Below are positions 1-9,615 of a stretch of DNA of 64,000 bases, one piece after another. A program made the translations under genes and the position numbers. Below the pieces are notes generated by a model, which ran no database searches, was not told where the DNA came from, and was given only the letters and a program-made list of their open reading frames with translations. The DNA comes from an uncultured Spirochaetota bacterium (GTDB lineage: Bacteria > Spirochaetota > Spirochaetia > SZUA-6 > CAVTHK01), in the NCBI GenBank assembly GCA_963734495.1, contig CAVTHK010000005.1, positions 64,001 through 128,000 on the forward strand, written 5' to 3'. Every line of letters begins with the position of its first letter. Position 1 is the stretch's first letter.

Positions 1-938
1 AGGTCCGGCGGGAAGCCGGGCCACGGCGCGTCGTCGATCTTGGGGACGAGCCCGCCGAGATCGGGGTTGACGCGGAGCTCCTGGCCGCGCGGGACGTAGA
101 TCGTGCCGCCCTGCACCTCCCAACGGATGCCGAGCTTCGCGAACTGGATGGCCGCCATGCGCTGCTGATCGGGAGCGGCGTCCTCGATCTCGACCTCGCC
201 TCTCGTCGCGGCCGCCAGCCCGATAAAGGAGCCGACCTCCATGTAGTCGGGGCCGAGCGTGTACTCGGCGCCGCCGAGCGAGCGGACGCCGCGGATGAGG
301 AGCGTGTTCGAGCCGATCCCCTCGATGCGGGCGCCCATCGCGCAGAGGAGGCGGCAGAGGTCCTGCACGTGCGGCTCGGAGGCGGCGTTGCGCAGGACCG
401 TCTCTCCCTCGGCCAGCACGCCGGCCATGAGGGCGTTCTCGGTCGCGGTCACCGACGCCTCGTCGAGGAATATGTCCGTGCCCGTGAGCTTCGCCGCCTG
501 CACCCGGAAGCAGCCGTCGATCTCGACGCTCGCACCGTAGGCCCGGAGGGCGAGCACGTGCGTGTCCAGGCGCCTGCGGCCGATCACGTCCCCGCCCGGG
601 AAGGGGAAGACCGCCCTGCCCGTGCGCGCCACCAGGGGCCCGGCGAAAAGGATGGACGCGCGGATCTTGCGGGCGAGCTCCGCCGGGATCTCGCTCGTGC
701 GGATGTCGTGCGTCGTGACCTCGACCTCGTGGGGCCCCGTGCGCTTCACGCTGGCGCCGAGCGCGCGCAGGATCTCGAGCATGACCGTGACGTCCTCGAG
801 GGCCGGGACATTGCGCAGCCGCACCGTCTCGCCCGTGAGCAGGGCCGCGGCCAGGCACGGCAGAGCGGCGTTCTTGTTGCCGCTCGGCCTGATCCGGCCG
901 TGGAGGGGCCGGTTCCCTTCTATGAGATAGCGGGGCAT
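1..938 (-). CDS. murA: UDP-N-acetylglucosamine 1-carboxyvinyltransferase (3' end outside window)
   Basis: Manual translation from ATG 938: MPRYLIEGNRPLHGRIRPSGNKNAALPCLAAALL...RASILFAGPL...PGGDVIGRRRLDTH. Not in the ORF track because it runs off the window edge. Confidence 0.95.
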   Translation of the reverse strand, partial: MPRYLIEGNRPLHGRIRPSGNKNAALPCLAAALLTGETVRLRNVPALEDVTVMLEILRALGASVKRTGPHEVEVTTHDIRTSEIPAELARKIRASILFAGPLVARTGRAVFPFPGGDVIGRRRLDTHVLALRAYGASVEIDGCFRVQAAKLTGTDIFLDEASVTATENALMAGVLAEGETVLRNAASEPHVQDLCRLLCAMGARIEGIGSNTLLIRGVRSLGGAEYTLGPDYMEVGSFIGLAAATRGEVEIEDAAPDQQRMAAIQFAKLGIRWEVQGGTIYVPRGQELRVNPDLGGLVPKIDDAPWPGFPPD

Positions 939-1024
939 GACTCACCTATCCTCGAAAACACTCGAGTGTCAACTCGCCGGCCGGCGTCGTGTCGGCCGGC
1001 GTCGCCGCGGCGCGCCGCCCTCGA

Positions 1025-2296
1025 TCACATGATCCTGAAGAAGAACTGCCGCTCGCCGAACGGGTCCCGCAGCATGTAGAGCGGCGTCTCGATCACCTTG
1101 GACGCCCCGGTCGACTCGACCACCCTGTAGGCCAGCAGGAAGTAGCTGCCCCTCTCGTCGGTCGCCGAAAAGGGGTTCTCCTGGAACTGCGGCAGCACCA
1201 CATCCGCGATGTCGGCGAGCGCGGCCTCCGGCTTGACGAGCTCGTAGCGCGCCGCGAGCCCCAGGCCCCGCATGATGATCTGCATGTCGGACAGCCCCTG
1301 GCCGCGGTAGTACCGCAGCTGGTCGGCGGCAAAGCAGTGATCGATGAGGGCGCGCCAGTTGTGGGCGACGAGATGCTCGCGCGTGCGGGCGAGAAAGGCG
1401 TTGAGGTTGCGGACGACGTTGATCACCGACTGCTCGACGAAGCGGGTGCCGTTCCAGCGGTACCACGTGAGCAGCGTCTCGTAGCCGACGCCCGCCTCGA
1501 CCCCGCTTTCCTGCACGACGATGTCGATCACGCCGTTGCGGTCGATGTCCTCGACCTTGGGCCGGCTCGCAAGCGTGTCCCTGAGCCCCAGGCGCGAGAT
1601 CGGCCGCAGCGAGGGGCCCGAGAACATCAGCCACTCCTGCTCGCCGCCGGCCCGCGTGTAGAAGCTCGCGACCAGGGCGAGCGGACCCGAGGCCGACGAG
1701 GTCAAGGGAACGACCGTGAGCCCCCCGAAGACGTAGCGCTCGCCGAGATCGATGCGCGAGGCTACGACGAGGCCCGAGGCCTTGTAGGTCAGCACCAGCA
1801 GGAAGAAGGGAACGCTGGCGCGGCCTTCGACAAAGACGCTCGCGTGGTCGGAGAGCCCCGCGGGCTTGACGCTGCTGCCGGACAGGTCCGCGACGGGCGC
1901 CAGGATCTCCGGCGTGCCGTCCCTGTTGATGTCCTGCAGCAGGAGCACGGCCCGGCCTCCCAGCGGCACGGGCGTATAGGGCTTGACGGCGTCGGGAAGC
2001 AGGCGCCGCAGCGTCGCCTCCGACGGGATGGGGGGAGCCGCGGCGGGCGGCTGCGGATCCGGCAGCGGCGCCGGCTTCGGCTCGGCGACGGCCGCCGGCT
2101 GCGGCGCCCCCTCGGCGGCGGCCGGCGCTTCCGGCTGCCGCTGCTGCGGCGCTTCGGGCGCAGCCGAGCCGCGCGCGGGCTCCTCCCCGGCGCCCGCAGC
2201 GGCGCCGGCGGCAGCGCTCGCGCCAGGCGCAACGCCGCCGCCGGTGACGAGGCATCCGCAAACGAGGAGGGCAAGCAGAAGGACCGCCGGCTTCAC
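1025..2296 (-). CDS. Exported hypothetical protein with Pro/Ala-rich linker and two FG-GAP/VCBS-like loops
   Basis: Hydrophobic N-terminal signal (MKPAVLLLALLVCGC), Pro/Ala linker, motifs DINRDGTPEI and DIDRNGVIDIVV. Confidence 0.7.
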   Translation of the reverse strand: MKPAVLLLALLVCGCLVTGGGVAPGASAAAGAAAGAGEEPARGSAAPEAPQQRQPEAPAAAEGAPQPAAVAEPKPAPLPDPQPPAAAPPIPSEATLRRLLPDAVKPYTPVPLGGRAVLLLQDINRDGTPEILAPVADLSGSSVKPAGLSDHASVFVEGRASVPFFLLVLTYKASGLVVASRIDLGERYVFGGLTVVPLTSSASGPLALVASFYTRAGGEQEWLMFSGPSLRPISRLGLRDTLASRPKVEDIDRNGVIDIVVQESGVEAGVGYETLLTWYRWNGTRFVEQSVINVVRNLNAFLARTREHLVAHNWRALIDHCFAADQLRYYRGQGLSDMQIIMRGLGLAARYELVKPEAALADIADVVLPQFQENPFSATDERGSYFLLAYRVVESTGASKVIETPLYMLRDPFGERQFFFRIM

Positions 2297-2383
2297 GACG
2301 GCAGAGAGTATAGCCCGAGAGCGGGCGCGGCTTCCACGTCCGGAGATGGAAACGCGGGGCCTTTTCCTGTATCATCCGCGCCT

Positions 2384-3754
2384 GTGAAAGTGATGAAGTT
2401 CGGCGGCAGCTCAGTCCAGGACGCCGAGCGGATCCGGCGCGCCGCCGGGATCGTCGCGGCCGAGCGGGAGCGCCCGGTCGTCGTCCTTTCCGCGATGCGC
2501 GGGGTGACCGACTCCCTCGAGCGCTGCGGCGGGAAGGCCGCGGCCGGCGACCTCTCCTACCGTGAGGAGCTCGAAGCCATGAGGCGCCGCCACCTCGCGG
2601 CGGCCTCGGAGCTGGGGCTCGCGGAGGAGGCGCGCGAGCAGATGGAGAGCCGCTTCGCCGAGGTCGGCGGCCTCCTGCACGGCGTGGAGCTGATCCGCGA
2701 GTGCTCCGCGCGCACGCGGGACCTCATCATGGGCTTCGGCGAGCTCGCCATGTGCACGCTCTTCGCGCGGTTCCTCGCGCGGACCGGGACGCCTGCGGCA
2801 ACGATCGACGCGCGCGATGTGATTGTCACCGACGGGAACCACGGCAAGGCGACGGTGCTGCCGCAGAGCTTCGAGCGGATACGGGCCGCGGTCCTCGCGG
2901 TCGAAGGCGTCGCCGTCTTCACGGGCTACACCGCCGCGACCGCCGAAGGCGTCGCCACCACGCTGGGACGCAACGGTTCCGACTACACGGCGTCCCTCGT
3001 CGGAAAGGCGGTTTCCGCCTCGGTCATCGAGATCTGGACCGACGTCGACGGCGTGCTGAGCGCCGATCCCCGCAGCGTGCCGGCTTCGTTCGTGATCCCT
3101 GAGATGACTTTCCAGGAAGCGATGGAGATGGCGTACTTCGGGGCGAGCGTGCTTCACCCCTTTACCATGCTGCCGGCCCTGGAGGCGGACATACCGATCC
3201 GCATCAGGAACACGCTGAACCCGGGCGCCGCGGGCACCCTGATCACCACGCACGCCCGCAGGCACTCGACCGCCATCACCGGTCTCGCGTCGATCGACGG
3301 CGTGGGCCTCGTCAACGTCGAAGGCGGCGGCATGCTCGGCATCCCCGGCTTCGCCGCCCGCATCTTCGGCGCGCTGGCGCGCGTGCGCGTCAACATCATC
3401 ATGATCTCGCAGGCCTCCTCGGAGCACAGCATCTGCCTCGTGTTCCGCGAGGCCGAAGGGGCCGCGGCGGAGCTCGCGCTCAACGAGGAGCTCGCGGGCG
3501 AGATCCGCGCGGGCAGGATCCAGGAGAGCCGCGTCACGACGGGGCTGGCCGTCGTCGCGGTCATCGGCGACAACATGCGCGGCACGCCCGGCATCTCAGG
3601 CCGTGTCTTCAGCTCGCTCGGCGGCGCGGGCATCAACGTCCTCACCATCGCGCAGGGCTCGTCGGAGCGGAACATCTCCCTCGTGGTCACCCGCGAGGAC
3701 AAGCAGCGTGCGCTGCAGACGATCCACCGCGCGCTGATGGAGGAAAGAAAGTGA
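2384..3754 (+). CDS. Aspartate kinase with two ACT domains (ThrA N-terminal-like, no homoserine dehydrogenase domain)
   Basis: VKVMKFGGSSV, TTLGRNGSDYTA, IWTDVDGVLSADPR, ACT motifs SQASSEHSI and QGSSERNIS. Start trimmed from ORF 989..3754. Confidence 0.93.
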   Translation: MKVMKFGGSSVQDAERIRRAAGIVAAERERPVVVLSAMRGVTDSLERCGGKAAAGDLSYREELEAMRRRHLAAASELGLAEEAREQMESRFAEVGGLLHGVELIRECSARTRDLIMGFGELAMCTLFARFLARTGTPAATIDARDVIVTDGNHGKATVLPQSFERIRAAVLAVEGVAVFTGYTAATAEGVATTLGRNGSDYTASLVGKAVSASVIEIWTDVDGVLSADPRSVPASFVIPEMTFQEAMEMAYFGASVLHPFTMLPALEADIPIRIRNTLNPGAAGTLITTHARRHSTAITGLASIDGVGLVNVEGGGMLGIPGFAARIFGALARVRVNIIMISQASSEHSICLVFREAEGAAAELALNEELAGEIRAGRIQESRVTTGLAVVAVIGDNMRGTPGISGRVFSSLGGAGINVLTIAQGSSERNISLVVTREDKQRALQTIHRALMEERK

Positions 3755-5073
3755 CCTTTGCCAGCACACGCGGGCGCGCCGCGCACGTCGGGTTCCGCGA
3801 GGCCGTCTTCCGCGGCTTGGCCGACGACGGCGGGCTCTACCACCCGACGGCGATGCCCGACCTGAGCGGCCTGTTCCGTTCTCTCGAGCCCGACACGCCG
3901 TTCGCCGAGACCGCGCGCCGCGTCGCGGTCGCCCTGTTCGCGGACGAGCTCGGCCGCGAGAGCGTCGAGCGCATTACGAAGAAAGCCTTCACCTTTGATC
4001 CTGTTCTTGTCGAGGCCGACGAGCGGCGGCTTGTGCTCGAGCTCTTCCACGGGCCATCGTACGCGTTCAAGGACTTCGGCGCGGGCTTTCTCGCCGCGGC
4101 CATGGAGGAGATGATCGCTCAGGCCGGCGGCGAGGCGACGATCCTGGTGGCGACGTCGGGCGACACGGGCAGCGCGGTCGCCCGCGCCTTTGCCGGCCGC
4201 AGGAACATACGCGTCGTGATCCTCTACCCTTCGGGGCGCGTGAGCCGGCTGCAGGAAAAGCAGCTCACCACCATCGGGGGCAACGTCAGGGCGCTCGAGG
4301 TCAGGGGCTCGTTCGACGACTGCCAACGAATGGTCAAGGAGGCGTTCCTGGACCGCGGCCTGTCGCGGGACCTGCACCTGACTTCGGCCAACTCGATCAG
4401 CCTGGGGCGGCTCATCCCGCAGGCCTTCTACTACATACACGCGGCGACAGCGCTCAAGCGCCCGCGGCCGGGCGCGCCGGCGCCGTGGTTCTGCGTGCCG
4501 AGCGGCAACTTCGGCAACCTGACCGCGGGCGTCTACGCCTGGCAGTGGGGTCTGCCCGTCGCCGGCTTCGTCGCGGCGACCAATGTCAACGACGTCGTGC
4601 CCGAATACCTCGCGAAGGGCGCGTTCCGGCCCAGGGCCTCGGTGCAGACCCTGTCCAACGCCATGGACGTCGGCAACCCGAGCAACTTTGAGCGTCTGCT
4701 CACCATGTTCGGCGGGTCGGCGGAGCGGATGGGGGCCCTGATCCATGGTCAAGTCGTCACCGACGCGGAGACCCTCGCGACGATCCGCGAGGTGCGCGAG
4801 CGCGCCGGGCTGCTGCTCGACCCGCACACCGCGGTCGGCTGGAAAGCAACCGATCGCCTGATCGAGGCCCTCGAGCGCCGCGGGGAACGGTTCTTCGGCA
4901 ATGTCGTCATCCTCGCGACCGCGCATCCCGCCAAGTTCGTCGAGACGATCCGGGAGGCGACGGGGCAGGAGCCGGAGCTTCCGCCCGGCCTGGCCGAGGC
5001 GCTCAAGGCCGACAAGCGGAGCACCGTGATCGACAACACGCTGGAGGGCTTGAAGAAGTCTCTGCGCGGCTGA
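3751..5073 (+). CDS. thrC: Threonine synthase
   Basis: GLADDGGLY, LELFHGPSYAFKDFG (PLP lysine), ATSGDTG, VPSGNFGN, ATAHPAKF. GTGA overlap with the aspartate kinase stop. Confidence 0.96.
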   Translation: MTFASTRGRAAHVGFREAVFRGLADDGGLYHPTAMPDLSGLFRSLEPDTPFAETARRVAVALFADELGRESVERITKKAFTFDPVLVEADERRLVLELFHGPSYAFKDFGAGFLAAAMEEMIAQAGGEATILVATSGDTGSAVARAFAGRRNIRVVILYPSGRVSRLQEKQLTTIGGNVRALEVRGSFDDCQRMVKEAFLDRGLSRDLHLTSANSISLGRLIPQAFYYIHAATALKRPRPGAPAPWFCVPSGNFGNLTAGVYAWQWGLPVAGFVAATNVNDVVPEYLAKGAFRPRASVQTLSNAMDVGNPSNFERLLTMFGGSAERMGALIHGQVVTDAETLATIREVRERAGLLLDPHTAVGWKATDRLIEALERRGERFFGNVVILATAHPAKFVETIREATGQEPELPPGLAEALKADKRSTVIDNTLEGLKKSLRG

Positions 5074-5111
5074 AGGTCGGGGCCGCCCGCATCTACGGCC
5101 GGGGCGAGCTC

Positions 5112-5168
5112 AAAAAAAGTGAGTGCGGCCGGAGTGACCCCGCCTCCAGCCGCACTCGTGCACTTTTT
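5112..5168. terminator. Probable bidirectional intrinsic terminator
   Basis: A7 run, stem gagtgcggccggag/ctccagccgcactc, then a T5 run; lies 40 nt after the thrC stop. Confidence 0.7.
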
Positions 5169-5202
5169 GTGCTTGGAGTGTACCAACTCCGCCTTTTCAG
5201 GC
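5112..5202 (-). ncRNA. Candidate small structured RNA
   Basis: Minus strand shows TATACT (5209-5214), then three short hairpins and a terminator ending in T7. No known family recognised. Confidence 0.3.
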
Positions 5203-5311
5203 GATGGCAGTATACGCGCAACTCGCTCAGCCGCGAAGTCGGGAAAGTGCTGATTTTGAAGGTCCATTTCCCTTACAACGAATGGACGCGAATCTTTTCG
5301 AGCGTGTCGCG

Positions 5312-5386
5312 CCTTTCGAACCTTCGCGCTTTTCGCGCCCTTTGCGCTTTTCGCGCCTTTCGCGCCTGTCGAACCTTTCGCGCCTG
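5312..5386. repeat. Imperfect 9-bp tandem repeat (consensus ctttcgcgc), about 8 units
   Basis: Direct reading: ccttcgcgc ttttcgcgc cctttgcgc ttttcgcgc ctttcgcgc ctgtcgaac ctttcgcgc. Confidence 0.8.
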
Positions 5387-5602
5387 TAGTGTGTACTACG
5401 TAGGATGTCCCATCAACTCTATGTTTGCGTGATGCGTGGGGGGCGGCAGGACGATAAGAACCGCGCGGCCGGCCCGGCGAGCCTCAGCGAGCCAGGGGAT
5501 GTACGAGCGCCGGGCAGGGAGCCATGGGCCTGACAGGGCCACGGGCGCATGGGCGGGCCTGAACTTGACATCCCGAGGCGCTTTCCAATAGCGTCGAGCA
5601 CA

Positions 5603-6244
5603 ATGTGGAAGGAAGGCCGTCACTATCTGAGCGATCTCGACTGGAAGCGCGCGGCCCTGCAGGCGATCTGCGACGGCGGCATAGGGGCGGTGGCGGTCGA
5701 GCCGCTCGCGCGCAGCCTGGGCGTCTCGAAGGGCAGCTTCTACTGGCACTTCGCGGGCCGTGACGACCTGTTGCGCGCGGCCCTCGAGCTGTGGGAGCAG
5801 GAAGAGGCCGACGCGTTCATCGCGTCGCTCGAGAACATCCGCGATCCGCGCGAGCGGATCCGGCAGCTCATCGTGCGGGTCTCGCGCGGGAGCTGGAACT
5901 GCACGCTTCATTCGGCCCTTTCGGCCGCCGCCGGTGATCCCGCCGTGAGGCCGGTGCTTCGTCGTGTCTCGGAGAAGCGCATCGGGTACCTCGCCGACTG
6001 CTACCGGGCGCTCGGGTTCTCCGAGGAGGCCGCCCGTCACAGGGCGCGGCTCGGGTACATGATCTACGTCGGGTTCATGCACCTCAGCCGCGAGGACGCG
6101 AGCGGAGCGCCCATCGAGCGCGACTACATCGAGCACATCGCCGAGACGCTGATCCCGGCGGCGCCCGCGCCGGACGCGGCTCCCGCGGGCGACGGCGCCG
6201 CAGCCGCGGCCGCGGCCGAAGATCGCCGCATCGCGGTCTCCTAA
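5603..6244 (+). CDS. TetR/AcrR family transcriptional regulator
   Basis: N-terminal HTH AVAVEPLARSLGVSKGSFYWHF. TTGACA (5565-5570) and TAGCGT (5589-5594) lie upstream of ATG 5603. Confidence 0.9.
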   Translation: MWKEGRHYLSDLDWKRAALQAICDGGIGAVAVEPLARSLGVSKGSFYWHFAGRDDLLRAALELWEQEEADAFIASLENIRDPRERIRQLIVRVSRGSWNCTLHSALSAAAGDPAVRPVLRRVSEKRIGYLADCYRALGFSEEAARHRARLGYMIYVGFMHLSREDASGAPIERDYIEHIAETLIPAAPAPDAAPAGDGAAAAAAAEDRRIAVS

Positions 6245-6273
6245 AGGCCGCCGAGCGCATCGAGGAGGCGCCC

Positions 6274-7453
6274 TTGGCGCCCGTCGTCGTCTACATCACC
6301 GGATTCCGTCAGAACGCGGGCAAGACCGTGACCGCGCTCGGCATCATCTCGCAGCTGCGGCGGATCATGGACCCGGCGCGGATCGGCTACTTCAAGCCGG
6401 TCGGCCAGGAGCTCGTCACCCTTCCCGACGGCAACCGCATCGACAAGGACGCCGTCATCATCAAGGCCTTTTCGGGCATCCCGGACCTCGATCTCAACTC
6501 GATCTCCCCGGTGCGCCTTGCGAGCGGCTTTACCCGCGAGTACCTGGAATCGCAGGACCAGGAGGGGGAGCACGACAGGCTCCGCGACCGCATCCAGGCC
6601 ACGCTGGACTCGCTGCGCAGGAAAAGACGTGATCGTGGCGGAGGGAACGGGCCACCCCGGCGTGGGCGGCATCGTCGGGCTCTCGAATGCGAAGGTCAGC
6701 AACCTGATGAAGGCCGAAATCGTCTACCTCTCCGGAGGCGGCATCGGGCGCGCGCTCGACCAGCTCGAGGTCGACCTCTCCTACTTCCTCTACATGCGCA
6801 GCCGCGTGCGCGGGATCATCTTCAACAAGGTGATTCCGGACAAGCTCGACATGGTGCGCCAGTACATCACCGAGCCGTTGCTCAACAGGCACTTCGACGC
6901 GGTCGGCGGCCAGATCCGCATCCTCGGGTTCCTCCCCGAGATCGACAACCTGGGCCGGCCGTCGATGCACCAGCTCACGCGCGCGTTCCGCCAGCCCAGG
7001 CCTCTCGGCGAGAGCGAAGACGACGCGTGGCGCGTGCCCGTACACGACATCAAGGTGCTGACCACCCCGGATGCCGACCTGCGGCGGCCGAGCTTCCTGC
7101 TGCCGGGCGACGTGCTCATCATGAGCTCCGCCTACCAGAGGCGGGCGCGCACCCTGCTGCGCTTCAGCAGGAGCCTGCGCGAGCGGTTCGGCCAGGGGCT
7201 CGCCGGGCTCATCCTCACCGGCGGCGCCTACGTGCGGCTGGACAACGCTGTGGCGCACGACATCGTGCGCGCGGGCTTCCCCGCGATCTACGTGCAGGAG
7301 CACACGGCCATCGCCGAGCAGAAGGTGCTCGAGGCGTTCGACAGCGCGAAGCTCCAGACCTACGACGCGAACAAGGTCGCGGACATCGAGCGGATGTTCG
7401 CGCAGCACTTCGACCTGCAGAAGTTCCTGGAGACGTTCAACATCAAGCCCTAG
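6274..7453 (+). CDS. Phosphotransacetylase N-terminal/BioD-like (AAA_26) P-loop protein, DRTGG-type C-terminus; frameshift near 6620
   Basis: YITGFRQNAGKTVT and IGYFKPVGQ in one frame; DVIVAEGTGHPGVGGIVGLSNA and GIIFNKV in the next. RBS gaggagg before TTG. Confidence 0.8.
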
Positions 7454-7458
7454 GCCTC

Positions 7459-7750
7459 GGATTGGGCGTGCCCCCGAGCAAGACAGTTGCGCAAGGCGTG
7501 GTGCGCCTTTGCCTGAGCGGCCGCTCTGACTCGCGCGGGCTCGGGGTCGCGTGCTGCGGGGGTTCCGTCCTCGGCGCCGCCGGTCGCCGGCCGCGAGCGC
7601 CCTCGCACGCCCCGCCTCGGACCAGGCGGGCTTGCGCCTGCTTTGACCCGGCGTACTCGCCGGGCGCCTGCCCCTCCGCCCGCTCACGCTCGCCGGCCGC
7701 GAGCGTCATTCCACGCCGCCGGAACGGCCGTGCCAGTAGGGGGAATCAGC
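7459..7750 (+). repeat. Left copy of long diverged inverted repeat (outer island boundary)
   Basis: Exact blocks shared with the reverse complement of 30660-30996: 7459-7479/30976-30996 (21 bp), 7532-7554/30901-30923 (23 bp), 7554-7575/30825-30846 (22 bp), plus further near-identical blocks. Confidence 0.85.
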
Positions 7751-7886
7751 CGCCTACGGGCTGTGCGGTCGATCGGCTCCTGGTGCGACCTGAGCGACGC
7801 GTCTGGCTCGTAGCCTGGGACCTCCCTGTCGCCAGCCAACGCAAAGACGATTGCTTTGAGTCGGTCAAGGTCGACCGCAAGCACAC

Positions 7887-7956
7887 GCGCGCCAACATCC
7901 TTGTTGGCGCGCTCTGAGCCCGAGTCCGTCCGGCAGGACGCCGGGCGGACTCGGGC
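7887..7956. repeat. Two adjacent strong hairpins upstream of the IS91-like remnant
   Basis: gcgcgccaaca-tcct-tgttggcgcgc (7887-7912) and gcccgagtccgtccggc...gccgggcggactcgggc (7918-7956). Confidence 0.7.
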
Positions 7957-8045
7957 CTCCGGAGGGGGGACCGGATTGGGAAAGAGACCCAGAATACCAG
8001 CGTCGCTTTGCCACCTGAGCAAACGCAGCGCGATCTGGGTGGTCG

Positions 8046-8510
8046 TTGTGTGCCGAGCCCCTCTCTCGCGTCCATCACACCGAAAACATCCTGCCGCCAC
8101 CAGCCCCCGCGGCCCATCGTCCTCCAGGCCTCTTCCGCCGCCTCTTCGCCGCCTTTGTAGACGGTTACGACGCCCACTACGGCCTCTATCGCCTCCCGCG
8201 CATCCGCGAGGTCGCCGAGGCCTTCATCCGCTGCGGCGATCCTCGGTTCGGCGTGACGCGGCTCCTATGCACCAACCCGACATCCCGCCCAAGGGCACCT
8301 ACTTCATCCGCCCCTACGTGCTGTACAGCTCGCGGACACGCTCGCGCTGGAGCCGCCTGCCCCACGTCCTGCGGCTATCCCAGAAGACCACCGCGGGCGG
8401 CAAAGGATCGCGTCCCGCCCGCCCAGCAGGTTTCCCCGTCCCGAGCCTCCTCCGCCTGGGCACGCCTGATCTCAAAGGTCTATGGCGAAGATCCCTTCGA
8501 CTGCCCTCAC
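8046..8510 (+). mobile_element. IS91-family (rolling-circle) transposase remnant with large internal deletion
   Basis: N-terminal Zn-binding-type segment AEAFIRCGDPRFGVTRLLCTNP joined directly to C-terminal-type segments DIPPKGTYFIRPYVLYSSRTRSRW and SAWARLISKVYGEDPFDCP in shifting frames. Confidence 0.7.
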
Positions 8511-8558
8511 TCTTCCGGGCCACAGCCCACGGTCCTCCATCACCTCAACGCTGCCTGT

Positions 8559-8644
8559 CAGCCCCTTGCAGCTCGCGTTCCGCCGGCCCCCTCCATCCGA
8601 TCGCTGCCGACGCGCCGCAACCACCTGCCGCGGGATGAAGACCA
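8559..8644 (+). repeat. Left copy of perfect 86-bp inverted repeat
   Basis: Identical to the reverse complement of 23404-23489 (cagccccttgcagctcgcg...gcgggatgaagacca). Confidence 0.95.
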
Positions 8645-8811
8645 CTATCAATCCCTCCCCGGTACAACTTGTCTCTGAAGCATGAACTCGATCCGGGGTA
8701 GGTCAATTCCCAACCGGCTAAAGGGTCAATAACAGAGCGGTGCTTCCACCTTCGGGCGCATCAAGTGCTTCTCGGCCTCACCAAGATCCGATATTCTGAC
8801 TGGGGAACGCC

Positions 8812-9615
8812 TTGATCTCAATGTCGCTCGTGTGTTGCGCCATGCTCTTGGCCCACCCGCTGGCAGGTGAGCCTGCCACGGGCGCTGGGAGGTCTATCTC
8901 TCCGGAGTTCACCCTCTCGTTGGAGGATCTGGACAGGCTGACGGCGAGCCTGCCGAGCGAAATCCGCAGTGGCATTCTTTCGCGCCCCGCGGCTTTCTTG
9001 CACGTGATCGCGCAGGTGCTCGATCAGCCGCCCGACCTCTTTGTGCTCGTAGACAAGGGTCATCCGCTTCCCGCCGACTACGTTCCCCCCGACCTTGTGT
9101 CGCTCAAGGATTACCTGCTCGTCACGACTTGGCCTCGCGTCATGCTCCGCAGGTCGATCATGCCCGCGGTGCTCGCAATGGTCCGTGCCGCCCGCGAAAA
9201 AGGAGTCACCTTGACCTTTTCGTCGGGGTACCGATCCTTTGACTATCAACGCGGGGTCTACAACGAGGAGGTGAGGCTGTACGGCCGCGAGACCGCAGAT
9301 GGCGAGTCTGCCCGCCCGGGGCATTCACAACACCAGTTGGGGACGGCGATAGACTTCGGCTCGATCAGCGACGCCTTCGAGACTACAAGCCAGGGGCGCT
9401 GGGTCGCCAAGCACGCCTGGGAGTATGGCTTCAGCCTCTCCTATCCTGCAGGGTACGAAGAGGTCACGGGGTACCGTCACGAGAGCTGGCACTACCGCTA
9501 CCTCACCAGGGCAGGAACGTTGCTTCAGCGGGAGTTCTTCGGCGACATACAGCAATACTTCCTGAGCTTCCTCAACGAGAACCGCGTGCTGTTGGAGAGC
9601 AGGAAAGTCACCTGA
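8812..9615 (+). CDS. M15B (VanY-like) D-Ala-D-Ala carboxypeptidase family protein
   Basis: SGYRSFDYQ, SARPGHSQHQLGTAIDF, YGFSLSYP, ESWHYRY, plus a signal-like N-terminus. Confidence 0.9.
   Translation: MISMSLVCCAMLLAHPLAGEPATGAGRSISPEFTLSLEDLDRLTASLPSEIRSGILSRPAAFLHVIAQVLDQPPDLFVLVDKGHPLPADYVPPDLVSLKDYLLVTTWPRVMLRRSIMPAVLAMVRAAREKGVTLTFSSGYRSFDYQRGVYNEEVRLYGRETADGESARPGHSQHQLGTAIDFGSISDAFETTSQGRWVAKHAWEYGFSLSYPAGYEEVTGYRHESWHYRYLTRAGTLLQREFFGDIQQYFLSFLNENRVLLESRKVT

Noticed and set aside
989-3754. 921-aa ORF as a giant aspartate kinase fusion
   Set aside because: The first 465 codons are antisense to 1025..2296; kinase motifs start at 2384.
5295-5390. Possible CRISPR array
   Set aside because: 9-bp contiguous units with no spacers and no cas genes.
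7830-7960. Integron attC site or group II intron 5' end
   Set aside because: Core motifs and spacing do not fit, and there is no integrase, reverse transcriptase or cassette array.
8812-9615. VanY-like gene as vancomycin resistance determinant
   Set aside because: No vanHAX or vanRS nearby; M15B peptidases are widespread cell-wall enzymes.
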